Shown piece by piece: positions 9,966-17,817 of a stretch of 42,539 nucleotides of DNA. The DNA comes from a virus, in the IMG/VR virus record IMGVR_UViG_3300035210_000132, positions 156,596 to 199,134 of that record. One strand, given 5' to 3'. The notes under the pieces are model-generated. The model saw only the letters and a program-made list of their open reading frames with translations. It was not told the DNA's origin and made no database searches. The stretch's first letter is position 1. Every line of letters begins with the position of its first letter. A program made the position numbers and the translations under genes.

Positions 9966-11539
9966 TTGGCACCTTTGACGACCATACCCAAAGCCCTGGC
10001 CAAGCCGTACCCCGCTCCAGCTCCTGCACCGCCCCCGATAAGAGAGGCTTTAATCGGATGCTCTCTAAAGGCCTTCGCCAGACCAAGAGCGAGCTCTTCC
10101 GACCGGTTGAGGACCTTGTGAGCTAGGCCATTTTCAGGCTTCCCCTTACGACCTTTAACCAGGCTGTCGAGCTTGTCTTCGTCCCAGCTCCTGCCTTCGC
10201 GATCCTCGTTAGGACTGGATCCGGCATAAGTCAGTCCCCCTCCAATTAGAGCCCCTAGCCCCATGAGAAGGGGGAGCTGGGAGCGCCCTCCGGAGTGACT
10301 GAGCGCTTGTGCTACTGCAGGGGTGTATGCCGGCGAAGCTATCTTCTCGAAGGCCTTCCTAAAACGTTGGATCACAGCGGCAGTCTTTTCAGGACGAGGA
10401 TAGACTGGGTAGTCCTTGGCTAGAGTCTTGACCTTGCTGACCAAGTCCTTCTTTTGTTCGGGAGTGTGTCCCTCCAAGAACTTTTGATGGTCCTCCCCAA
10501 ACATGTCAGACAGAGCCTTCTTGAAACGAGTACGACGAGCGTGAACATGCCCTCCCGCAACCCCTACAAGACCGCCGCCAACTCCACCGACGAGAGCTCC
10601 TCTGGTCCGGTTGTCCTCGTCCATGGCTCCGCCCGCCACGGCGCCTGGGACAGCTCCCATGGCAAAGTGCTTGGCCACCGGCTTGACCCAGTGATGACCT
10701 GCCGCTTCTTTGACCGTGTCGTGATAGACCGGCAGCTTGCTGGCCTCTTCATGGATTCCCTTGAGCTTGGCCATACGGTCGGGGTGAGAAGCGCTTGCCA
10801 GCTCCTTGACTGAAGTACCCTTCGCTTTCATGACGTCGCGATAGTTCTTCAGTCTTCCTTTGGCATGACCTCCCAGTACCGCTGCAGTTCCACCAACCAG
10901 ACCTCCCTTGACAGCGCCTCCGAGGGTACTGTCTCGGTCAGCGACTGCTCCCGCCACAGCACCGGGAGCTGCTCCCATCGCGAAGTGACGGGCCATGGGT
11001 TTGACCCAGGGATGAAGATCCGCTGCCCAGTTTGCTTGCTTGACTACAGGAGCCGCTGCAGGGGCTACCTCCGGAGCGGCTCCTGGAGCTACCGCAGGAT
11101 GCGGGTACAGAGGTTGGGTGGCGGCATGAGCTGTGGCCTTCTGCTTGAGGATCTCTTGTTCCGCAGCAGGCAGACCTGCAAAGCTCTCGCTGGTGTGGCC
11201 GTGTGCACCGAGAACGTGATTGAAGGCGTTGTCGGCCCTGAGATTGTGGGCATGCAGGTGCCCGATGCCGACGCCTGTGGCACCGCCAACAACAGCTCCT
11301 GTGAGGGCTCCTTGAACAGGATGCTGGTCACTCATAGCTGCTCCAGCAACAGCACCTGGAACAGCACCGTAGAGAGCATGACGCGCCATCGGGGCAACGT
11401 ACTCAGGAAGATGCGCTGCAGCTTCTCCCCACCCAGCAGCCTGCTTCTTCATGCGTACGAAGTGCTCGGCACCGGCCACGAGCTCCGAGAACTTCTCGTG
11501 GTCGTCCAAAAGCCCAGAGAAAAAATCTTTGTCATTCAT
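9962..11539 (-). CDS. Repeat protein (525 aa) with three tandem ~35-aa repeats (W/Y-V-K/A-P-M/V-A-R/K-H-F/A-A/L-M/Y-G-A-A/V-P-G-A-V-A-G-A/G...G-H-x-H-A) and further Gly-zipper segments. Candidate membrane-interacting virion or ejection protein.
   Basis: The three repeats were read directly: YVAPMARHALYGAVPGAVAGAAMSD, WVKPMARHFAMGAAPGAVAGAVADRD and WVKPVAKHFAMGAVPGAVAGGAMDED, each followed by a G-rich tract ending in GH-x-HA. The C-terminus has LLMGLGALIGGGLTYAG and LIGGGAGAGAGYGLARALG. Confidence 0.6.
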   Translation of the reverse strand: MNDKDFFSGLLDDHEKFSELVAGAEHFVRMKKQAAGWGEAAAHLPEYVAPMARHALYGAVPGAVAGAAMSDQHPVQGALTGAVVGGATGVGIGHLHAHNLRADNAFNHVLGAHGHTSESFAGLPAAEQEILKQKATAHAATQPLYPHPAVAPGAAPEVAPAAAPVVKQANWAADLHPWVKPMARHFAMGAAPGAVAGAVADRDSTLGGAVKGGLVGGTAAVLGGHAKGRLKNYRDVMKAKGTSVKELASASHPDRMAKLKGIHEEASKLPVYHDTVKEAAGHHWVKPVAKHFAMGAVPGAVAGGAMDEDNRTRGALVGGVGGGLVGVAGGHVHARRTRFKKALSDMFGEDHQKFLEGHTPEQKKDLVSKVKTLAKDYPVYPRPEKTAAVIQRFRKAFEKIASPAYTPAVAQALSHSGGRSQLPLLMGLGALIGGGLTYAGSSPNEDREGRSWDEDKLDSLVKGRKGKPENGLAHKVLNRSEELALGLAKAFREHPIKASLIGGGAGAGAGYGLARALGMVVKGAK

Positions 11540-11549
11540 GGAGGGCTCC

Positions 11550-11708
11550 CTACGCGATCATGTAGAAGAGGAAGTAGCTGCCACTGCTGTCGTGGATGAT
11601 GTTTACTATCGTGCTCACGTCAGAATTGTCCGCGACCACGTAGGCTTTTAGATCCAAGGGACTCGCGAACACTTTGACGCGGAACTTTGCTAGGGCGGCT
11701 GCGGCCAT
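11550..11708 (-). CDS. Small ORF (52 aa; MAAAALAKFRVKVFASPLDLKAYVVADNSDVSTIVNIIHDSSGSYFLFYMIA), hypothetical.
   Basis: Below the ORF-track size cut-off. ATG at 11708-11706 with AAGGAG about 9 nt upstream, in the same orientation as the operon. Fills most of the 240-nt gap between the 163-aa and 525-aa genes. Confidence 0.4.
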   Translation of the reverse strand: MAAAALAKFRVKVFASPLDLKAYVVADNSDVSTIVNIIHDSSGSYFLFYMIA

Positions 11709-11780
11709 ACTACATTCTCCTTCTTACTGAGCCAGCTGGGAAGCGGTAGCTTGAGAGCTAAAAACAATCAAGGCCGTTAC

Positions 11781-12272
11781 TTACCAGCCACCGTAAAAAC
11801 CACTTGTCCACATGTATTCGCTGGAAACTCCACCGCCCCAGCCGCCTTCGATGTTAAGGGCGATCTTGAGGTCCTTCTTCTTCTGTTCGTACTTACCAGA
11901 GAAGAGCTGGATCCAGGACTGCACCATGGGCGTTTTGTCACTGACTCCGACTTGGATGCCGCCGTCGGAGAAGTTCAGGTGGTTACGGGTCATAAGCAAG
12001 CCTACGGACTCGAGCAGAGAGACCACTGTTGCTCTCATCAGCAAGCTCTTGGAGGGAAAGTTGGTGAGTCCGTATCCTGTCATAGGAGGAGTGGAGTTGA
12101 AGTCATCGAGGGCATCGATGACTGCCCAGGCAATGAGACGATCCGAGTGCTCTTCCCCAGAGATCAAACGGTTCAAGGCCGGATAGTCACGCATGAAGGC
12201 CCTGACGATGCCGATGAACTGACTCAGTGCGATGTTGTTGCTAGGCACCGATCCAGAGTACAGGTCCGACAT
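11781..12272 (-). CDS. Hypothetical protein (163 aa), connector or tail-completion size class.
   Basis: Complete ORF with protein-like composition. The overlapping plus-strand ORFs (11751..12353 and 11812..12186) are judged antisense artefacts. Confidence 0.5.
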   Translation of the reverse strand: MSDLYSGSVPSNNIALSQFIGIVRAFMRDYPALNRLISGEEHSDRLIAWAVIDALDDFNSTPPMTGYGLTNFPSKSLLMRATVVSLLESVGLLMTRNHLNFSDGGIQVGVSDKTPMVQSWIQLFSGKYEQKKKDLKIALNIEGGWGGGVSSEYMWTSGFYGGW

Positions 12273-12275
12273 ACT

Positions 12276-12623
12276 TCACCTCCGACCGCGATCCGAAATC
12301 AGCCCTACTGGCTTTGGGGCATTTTCTACGACAGAAAGAGAGCGCTTTGGTAGATCCTGGGGTTCCTTGGAAGCTATTCGCTTGGCCTTCTCCTCGCTGC
12401 TGAGTTCCTTGCCTTTCCCTGATTTGGCGTTGGTGTACCAAGAAGGCACCTGGCCTATCGAGATGATGCCCCTAGCCTCGAGAGATCTGATCTTCTTGTC
12501 CACCAATCCCGCTGGAATCTTGAGCGTACCTCCTGGATCCAGGGTTTTGTTATAGATGTCCACTTGCGTAGGCGGATGCTTACTGCCCACCGCATCGGTG
12601 AGGTTTACGATCAGGACGACCAT
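12276..12623 (-). CDS. Hypothetical protein (115 aa).
   Basis: Complete ORF, 3 nt downstream of the preceding stop. Confidence 0.5.
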   Translation of the reverse strand: MVVLIVNLTDAVGSKHPPTQVDIYNKTLDPGGTLKIPAGLVDKKIRSLEARGIISIGQVPSWYTNAKSGKGKELSSEEKAKRIASKEPQDLPKRSLSVVENAPKPVGLISDRGRR

Positions 12624-12632
12624 AGAAACCTC

Positions 12633-13043
12633 CTAGAACATCTTCTTCTTGCCTACAGGCTTCTTGGGCTCCGAAGGAGGCTCGGGGAAGGAATCCGAGA
12701 AAGTTTTCTCGTGAGTGGCTACCCGCTCGGCGACCGCATCATCTGTCATAGGAAGGAACGAGTGCTCTGGGGCGACTTGATCAGTTACAGGAGATGAGGT
12801 CTCTGCAGGAACTTCTGCTACAGGAGAAGGACCTTCCTTCTTCGTCAGTTGGACCATACCCTTCTTCGCCCAGCTGTCGAACATGTGCCTGTTGCGATCG
12901 TACTGGTCATCGCTGATCTCTACGGTCATACCAGCCCTAAGTACCTGGCCAGCAATAGAAGGCTCGTAGACGAACTGAGTCGCCACCCGGTGAAGATGAG
13001 CCTTGCTACGATCTTGTGTGGTGTTCTTAACGAGGTACGCCAT
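12633..13043 (-). CDS. Hypothetical protein (~136 aa from MAYLVKN...), possible head-tail adaptor. First gene after the capsid-gene terminator.
   Basis: The ORF track starts it at 13049, but the AGGGAGG RBS abuts that ATG. The second ATG at 13043 has 6-nt spacing, so that start is preferred. Confidence 0.5.
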   Translation of the reverse strand: MAYLVKNTTQDRSKAHLHRVATQFVYEPSIAGQVLRAGMTVEISDDQYDRNRHMFDSWAKKGMVQLTKKEGPSPVAEVPAETSSPVTDQVAPEHSFLPMTDDAVAERVATHEKTFSDSFPEPPSEPKKPVGKKKMF

Positions 13044-13128
13044 CAACATCCTCCCTGGTCTGGTAGCTAAGAAAGGCGCAGAGGCCTTTCTCTGAAATTA
13101 GCCAAGTTTACTCTTCTCAGCCTCATGA

Positions 13129-13155
13129 GGGCACTGGCCAAAGTGCCCTTTTCTG
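13129..13155 (+). terminator. Plus-orientation hairpin GGGCACT-ggccaa-AGTGCCC followed by TTTTCTG. Back-to-back partner of the minus-strand terminator.
   Basis: 7-bp perfect stem and T tract read directly. No plus-strand gene lies upstream, so it may only insulate against antisense read-through. Confidence 0.35.
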
Positions 13156-13192
13156 AAATGAAAAGGGGAAGTAATCTCTCGACTACTTCCCC
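13150..13192 (-). terminator. Rho-independent terminator downstream of the candidate major capsid gene.
   Basis: On the minus strand: GGGGAAGUA-(10-nt loop)-UACUUCCCC followed by UUUUCAUUUC. 9-bp perfect stem, about 50 nt after the capsid gene stop at 13242. Confidence 0.6.
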
Positions 13193-13241
13193 CTTAGCTC
13201 ACGAATCAGGCTTGGGTGCCAACTACCCAAACATCAGTGAC

Positions 13242-14357
13242 CTAAAACTGGCTGACGTCGGGGAACTTGAGGCCAGCATCGACACGGTTGTTCATCGCAC
13301 CGAGCTGATCCTCGTCCATGGGCAGCTTGGTCGCGTAGCCTGTGGAGACCGCTCCTGTGGTCACCGAGCCCGAGTAGAGCTCGAGCTTGCGGATCGAAGC
13401 GATATTGATGACGGCCAGCGCGATGTCCATCCAGGACTGCCAGGTGATGAGGTTGGCGACCTTATCGATGTAGAACTTCGTGTTATTGAGCACGTAGCTC
13501 TTACCGAGGAACTCCGGCGCCGTGAAGATGTAGATGTTGCCGGTGCGGAGGATGTCGGTCTTGATGGTACGGATCATCTTGCGGCCGAGGATGGTGTTGT
13601 ACTTGTAGCCATCGACCGCCGTCTCCGACTGCATCTTGTCACCGAAGTCCGAGAGGGTCCACGCGAGAATATCGTCGTAGTCCGGCTCGGTGATGACGAA
13701 GCGCTCCGAACGAAGGCGCTCGTTATCGAGGATCTTGAAGAGGTTCACGAAGTCGGGACGAAGCACGGGGTGAACCGTGAAGTCGTCGGCCGCTGCAGTG
13801 AGAGCTCCGGTGCCCTTGATGACGCTCTTCTTGACCGTGGCGGCATAGGTAGAGGTCTTGAGGGCGGTAGCGACGTTGCCGTTCGCTTCCTTCTGCAGGG
13901 CCTGAACCGCCGACTCGGCGTGACGGAGGAACTCGCGGTCCTTGATCTCCTGGAGATCCTTGACCGAGTTGTCCTCGATGATCTTGGTGATCGGCATCTC
14001 GTAGGCGAGGAGCTCCTGCTCCGTCTTCTCGAACTTCTCCGAGGAGATGGTGAAGAAGGGGACCTCGGCACGAGGAGCGCGGATGAACCTAGCCGTGGGC
14101 TGACCCCGGAAGGTCAGGGTCATGGCGCGAGACTGCGGCTCGATGTCAACGATCTTGACGAGCGTGTCGTGATTCACCGAACGCTGGCACTCGGCGCGGG
14201 TGATGGGCTCGGGCGGGATGATCTTGTCCACGAAGCAAACTTCGCGGAGACGATCACGGATGTAGACCGAGCCCATGGCGGCGATCTTCTCTTTCCCTTC
14301 GGAAGAGTCGAGCCGCTGGGAGAACATGTCATTCAGTACTCTAGCCGGAACGCTCAT
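13242..14357 (-). CDS. Candidate major capsid protein (371 aa).
   Basis: Size, strong AAGGAG RBS, position after the scaffold-like genes, and the strong terminator immediately downstream are all typical of a highly expressed capsid gene. No definitive motif was read. The long antisense plus ORF 13125..14882 is rejected. Confidence 0.4.
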   Translation of the reverse strand: MSVPARVLNDMFSQRLDSSEGKEKIAAMGSVYIRDRLREVCFVDKIIPPEPITRAECQRSVNHDTLVKIVDIEPQSRAMTLTFRGQPTARFIRAPRAEVPFFTISSEKFEKTEQELLAYEMPITKIIEDNSVKDLQEIKDREFLRHAESAVQALQKEANGNVATALKTSTYAATVKKSVIKGTGALTAAADDFTVHPVLRPDFVNLFKILDNERLRSERFVITEPDYDDILAWTLSDFGDKMQSETAVDGYKYNTILGRKMIRTIKTDILRTGNIYIFTAPEFLGKSYVLNNTKFYIDKVANLITWQSWMDIALAVINIASIRKLELYSGSVTTGAVSTGYATKLPMDEDQLGAMNNRVDAGLKFPDVSQF

Positions 14358-14393
14358 TTACTTTCTCCTTCTAACCGGAACTGCGTCCCGGGG

Positions 14394-14876
14394 TTAGACG
14401 TGCTTCCACACGCCGCCAACGAACGGCACCAGGTAGCGAACCTTGCCACCACCAGGGAGGCGGGTGACCCACCCGACCGTGAGGTGCTCGCCGCCACCAG
14501 CACCGAGCTTGGCGAGACCGCGCTTGACTGCACCACCGATGGTCACATCCTGGATGACCAGGGCGTTGCCGACAGCCATACCCGTCAGGTCACAGATCGA
14601 GGTCTCGGCTTCGTAACCACCGATGAAGAGCACGGTGGTCTTACCGATCGCCTGGGTATCGTAGCGACCGCGCTCGGACCAGCACTGGAAAGCTGGACCG
14701 GCCTGCTCACCGCTACCACGCTGGAGCTTGTAGTTTGCACTGAGCTCGAGCCACTCGCCATCCAGGATCGGGTTGGCGTTGATGGGATTGAGAAGCGTCA
14801 CGTCTTCGAGGTAGAAGTCGCGCCGCTGGACAGGCATTACTTCAGAAACGAGTTGCAGGTACGGGGCGGTAGACAT
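14394..14876 (-). CDS. Hypothetical protein (160 aa) between the scaffold-like and capsid genes. Possible capsid decoration or auxiliary protein.
   Basis: Complete ORF with Gly-rich beta-like composition. Assignment rests on position only. Confidence 0.45.
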   Translation of the reverse strand: MSTAPYLQLVSEVMPVQRRDFYLEDVTLLNPINANPILDGEWLELSANYKLQRGSGEQAGPAFQCWSERGRYDTQAIGKTTVLFIGGYEAETSICDLTGMAVGNALVIQDVTIGGAVKRGLAKLGAGGGEHLTVGWVTRLPGGGKVRYLVPFVGGVWKHV

Positions 14877-14907
14877 CTCTAATCTCCTTGATCGTCAGCG
14901 GTACGGG

Positions 14908-15252
14908 TTATTCCCCCATGATCCCGACAGCGAATTCGTCTTCCGCGTTGCTGGGATTTCCGGGGTCATCGGAGAGTGCAGCCAGCTTGATCTGCGGGGC
15001 AGACAGCTGAATGGCCTTCTCCACTACGTCCAGATCGTCGTTGTCCATCAGGGTCTCGACCTTCTGGGCGTACGAAGAGTCAGGGTCAAGGTTCTTGGCT
15101 TCCATGTCGGAAGCAATCTGCTCGACGCGAGCCCTCTTCTCGTAGAAAGCCACTTTCTCTTTCAGGGTGTAGATCTCCGCCTGTTGAGCGCGGAGTGTGG
15201 GGCCGACCTGGCGCAGGACTTCGGCCACCTTGGTGCTGCTGAGTTTGTTCAT
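14908..15252 (-). CDS. Scaffold-like acidic coiled-coil protein (~114 aa from MNKLSSTKVAEV...).
   Basis: The ORF track extends it to 15312, overlapping the upstream gene. The ATG at 15252 has a GAGGAG RBS 8 nt upstream and follows the upstream stop at 15275. Composition (EIYTLKEKVAFYEKRARVEQIASDMEAK..., acidic C-terminus) and its position just before the capsid gene suggest a scaffold. Confidence 0.45.
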   Translation of the reverse strand: MNKLSSTKVAEVLRQVGPTLRAQQAEIYTLKEKVAFYEKRARVEQIASDMEAKNLDPDSSYAQKVETLMDNDDLDVVEKAIQLSAPQIKLAALSDDPGNPSNAEDEFAVGIMGE

Positions 15253-15274
15253 GGTCGTCGTCTCCTCGCCTTCC

Positions 15275-16555
15275 TTAGATCCCACTATCCTTCTCGACTG
15301 TCGCGTTGCCATCGCCTTGTGCGGCCGACAATGTGGCCTTCAGCTTGCAGACTCTGCATTCTCCGGCTCCGCCGCAGTTGCAGCCATCCGCGCCTGCTCC
15401 GGCGTCAGCCATGTGCGGCATGCCGCTCATGGACCTAGCACCGCCCATCATGCCGGCTGCTGGACCGGGAGGCTTCATAGCTCCCATCCCACCCATGCCG
15501 TTCATCATGGCAGTCTTCTCGGATCCACTTCCCTTGATCGCGCTCTTGAGGTGACAGTAGCTGCACCCACCTTTGTTTCCACATTGGCAGCCCGCCTGCG
15601 CAATCTTCTGGAGGGCTTCCTTCGCCGCTGCGATCTTCACCCCGGCCTTGCCGGTGTTCCGCAGGTTGTCTTTGAGAGTCGGGTCCTTCTTGGCAGAAAG
15701 CGCCGGCTCATCGAGAACTTCTTTGAGTTGGGTCTTAACAGGACCCTTAGCCTCTCGCTTCGTGGCGTTGATAGCTGCCGAGTTTGAAGCGATCAGCTTG
15801 CGGGCCTGGTTACCGAAGCCTCCAGCGGCATCTCCCGACTGACGGGGCGAAGCCTGGGTAGCATCGGTAGTGGTAAGAGTCTGCCCTGTGGTACCAGCAG
15901 AGATGTTGGCCTTGAGGACATCCTCACCGGCTAGCTTCGAGAGCAGGCGGCGGCGCATGGCTGCAGCAGCCTGCTTGATGGTGGGACCGGCAACCAGCGG
16001 GCCTTTCTCTGGATACTTTCCTGTTGGGGAGATGCCTCCGCCACCAGGAGCATCGTGCAGGTCATTGTCCATCTGGGTTTTGCCCCCAGGTAGACCCCCA
16101 GTAGACAGGGATGACCCAGCTTGTGAGCCAGCCGAGTTGTTGCTGCTAGCAGGGACCTTGCGGTACACCTGCTTGCCTCCGATGGACTTGCTGACTGGAA
16201 GAGCACCAGCTCCCAGACCAGGTCCAACAGCAGCTTCTTCGGCAACCTTCTGGAGCAGGCCACGAGCCGGGAAGCCGATGGAGTCGAGGTTGTTAGCGAT
16301 GAAGTCACATGTAGACGCCAACTTCTGGATGAACTCTTCGGTCGAGCCCGCCGAAGCCCGCTTCTCCGCCTCTTCCTCGGAGGGCGTCGGGACATGTCCA
16401 TGCTCCTGCTTCTCATAAGCAAGGAGCTTCTTCACCTTCTTGTCCTGGGACTGATCTTCTGCCAGCTTCTCCGTCGCCCTGTTGAGGACGTTCTTGATCA
16501 TGTCCTGAAGGGGAAGGCTGTGCGCGAGCTTGTTCATCGATGCTTCTCCTGTCAC
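15275..16555 (-). CDS. Hypothetical protein (426 aa) with duplicated Cys4 knuckles (GCQCGNKGGCSYCHLKS and GCNCGGAGECRVCKLKA) flanking a Met/Gly-rich tract. Putative metal-binding morphogenesis or virion protein.
   Basis: Motifs read directly in the C-terminal 80 aa. The tract between them is MMNGMGGMGAMKPPGPAAGMMGGARSMSGMPHM. The N-terminal half is a charged coiled-coil-like region. Confidence 0.55.
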   Translation of the reverse strand: MTGEASMNKLAHSLPLQDMIKNVLNRATEKLAEDQSQDKKVKKLLAYEKQEHGHVPTPSEEEAEKRASAGSTEEFIQKLASTCDFIANNLDSIGFPARGLLQKVAEEAAVGPGLGAGALPVSKSIGGKQVYRKVPASSNNSAGSQAGSSLSTGGLPGGKTQMDNDLHDAPGGGGISPTGKYPEKGPLVAGPTIKQAAAAMRRRLLSKLAGEDVLKANISAGTTGQTLTTTDATQASPRQSGDAAGGFGNQARKLIASNSAAINATKREAKGPVKTQLKEVLDEPALSAKKDPTLKDNLRNTGKAGVKIAAAKEALQKIAQAGCQCGNKGGCSYCHLKSAIKGSGSEKTAMMNGMGGMGAMKPPGPAAGMMGGARSMSGMPHMADAGAGADGCNCGGAGECRVCKLKATLSAAQGDGNATVEKDSGI

Positions 16556-16818
16556 CCACGCACCGTGGGCGCATTCGCTATTGGTCGACCCATACCCTGT
16601 GGAGCAGGTGGCATAGCAGGAGGAGCAGCTGCCGGCCCTCTCGCTGCGTGAGGCACTGCTTTTATTGCACTGACGGTGGACGGACGCCCTGCACGAGCTG
16701 AAGGACCAAGACTGAAATTCGCGATCTTTTGAAGCTCGTCAGAGAAACCACCAATACAGACCAAGCTAAGGCCAGAGGTCTTGGTCTCTACTGAGGGCTG
16801 CTCTAGGGTAGGCTTCAT
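16552..16818 (-). CDS. Hypothetical small protein (88 aa).
   Basis: Complete ORF overlapping the downstream gene start by 4 nt. Confidence 0.4.
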   Translation of the reverse strand: MKPTLEQPSVETKTSGLSLVCIGGFSDELQKIANFSLGPSARAGRPSTVSAIKAVPHAARGPAAAPPAMPPAPQGMGRPIANAPTVRG

Positions 16819-16844
16819 GCCATCACAGGATGGTTAAGGTGTAA

Positions 16845-16887
16845 GGGAGAGGGAGACTCTCTGGTTGAGGGAAAATCTCCCTCTCCC
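16845..16887 (-). terminator. Strong hairpin (12-bp perfect stem GGGAGAGGGAGA / TCTCCCTCTCCC, 19-nt loop) between the 286-aa and 88-aa genes. Possible intra-operon attenuator or terminator.
   Basis: Inverted repeat read directly. On the minus strand it is followed by the moderately U-rich UUACACCUUAACC. Confidence 0.4.
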
Positions 16888-16900
16888 AAACACGAACTGG

Positions 16901-17761
16901 TTAGCCTACGTCGTAGCCGTTCTCTTGGAGGATCTCGAGAGCCCGGTCATTGAGAGCTCCATCGAAGTCCTCGTCTCCCTCGTACGCATCACCCTCAGCG
17001 TTGTCCAGGATCTCTTGAGCGCGGATCTCAGCAAGCTTCTCGAAGGCCGAGGCGCGCTTCTCCTTACCTCCACCTAGGGCGCGGTAGCCGCCGTACCCAG
17101 CAGCAGCAAGACCGCCGTAGGCTCCGAGGGTCTTGCCGACGCCCTTGGCGAGGGTACGATTGGCAGCAGAGCGCAGCTTCGTAGCGTGAGCTCCGGTAGC
17201 TGCCCTTCTGCCGTGAAGACCGCGGCGGATGTCCTTCCCGACGAGGGCCCTTCCGACACTCTTGCCACCACTGGACAGGGCGCCTCCCACGCGCTTGCCG
17301 AGGGCAGAGATCCGCTCCTTCGCCTCTCTAGCCACCATGCGAGCCCGTCCCGGAGCCTTGGGACCATACTGCTCCCCCGCCCCTCCCCGGAACCCGTCGG
17401 GCTTGGCCTTCGTGCTGCTGTCGTGGTCCATGACCATCTCGCCGATCTTCTGCATCTCCTGCGTGTAGCTGTGCGCCATCACGCGGCCGAGGAAGTCGGC
17501 CTCCTCGAACTTGGCCTGCGCCTCCTTCTGGAGGTCCTCTTCCGAGTACTCGCCATCGGCCTCGTAGCCCTGCTCCTCTCCCTCATCGCTCAGCACTTCG
17601 TCGGAGAGAGCCTGGAGCTCCTCTTCACTGAGGCCCGAGAGATCAACACCCTCTTCCTCCGCGAGCTTCTGGAGGAGGTGATATTGGGCAGTCTTCTCGA
17701 GATCGTCCGAGCCACCGCCAGTGCCGTAGACTTGAGCCAGCCAGGGATCCATGTTCGACAT
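16901..17761 (-). CDS. Acidic protein (286 aa): D/E-rich N- and C-termini with a basic Gly-rich middle. Scaffold-like or internal head protein.
   Basis: Composition read directly (EEEGVDLSGLSEEELQALSDEVLSDEGEEQGYEADGEYSEEDL...). RBS AAGGAG upstream. Follows the protease-domain gene. Confidence 0.5.
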   Translation of the reverse strand: MSNMDPWLAQVYGTGGGSDDLEKTAQYHLLQKLAEEEGVDLSGLSEEELQALSDEVLSDEGEEQGYEADGEYSEEDLQKEAQAKFEEADFLGRVMAHSYTQEMQKIGEMVMDHDSSTKAKPDGFRGGAGEQYGPKAPGRARMVAREAKERISALGKRVGGALSSGGKSVGRALVGKDIRRGLHGRRAATGAHATKLRSAANRTLAKGVGKTLGAYGGLAAAGYGGYRALGGGKEKRASAFEKLAEIRAQEILDNAEGDAYEGDEDFDGALNDRALEILQENGYDVG

Positions 17762-17817
17762 TTCTTCTATCTCCTTGTTTCAGTCTAGAAGCGCTGTCTT
17801 CGAGATGGTCGTCATCT

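Noticed and set aside
10865-11599. 244-aa plus-strand ORF
   Set aside because: Antisense to the 525-aa repeat protein. Cys/Ser/Arg-rich artefact composition.
11751-12353. 200-aa and 124-aa plus-strand ORFs (11751..12353, 11812..12186)
   Set aside because: Antisense to the 163-aa minus-strand gene, which has the more protein-like sequence and fits the operon orientation.
13125-14882. 585-aa plus-strand ORF spanning the capsid region
   Set aside because: Antisense to two well-supported minus-strand genes. The R/L/E/D/G-rich composition is typical of GC-rich antisense frames. No RBS.
15870-16418. 182-aa plus and 163-aa minus (15931..16422) alternative-frame ORFs
   Set aside because: They overlap the 426-aa Cys-knuckle gene in other frames. 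Pro/Arg-rich artefacts.
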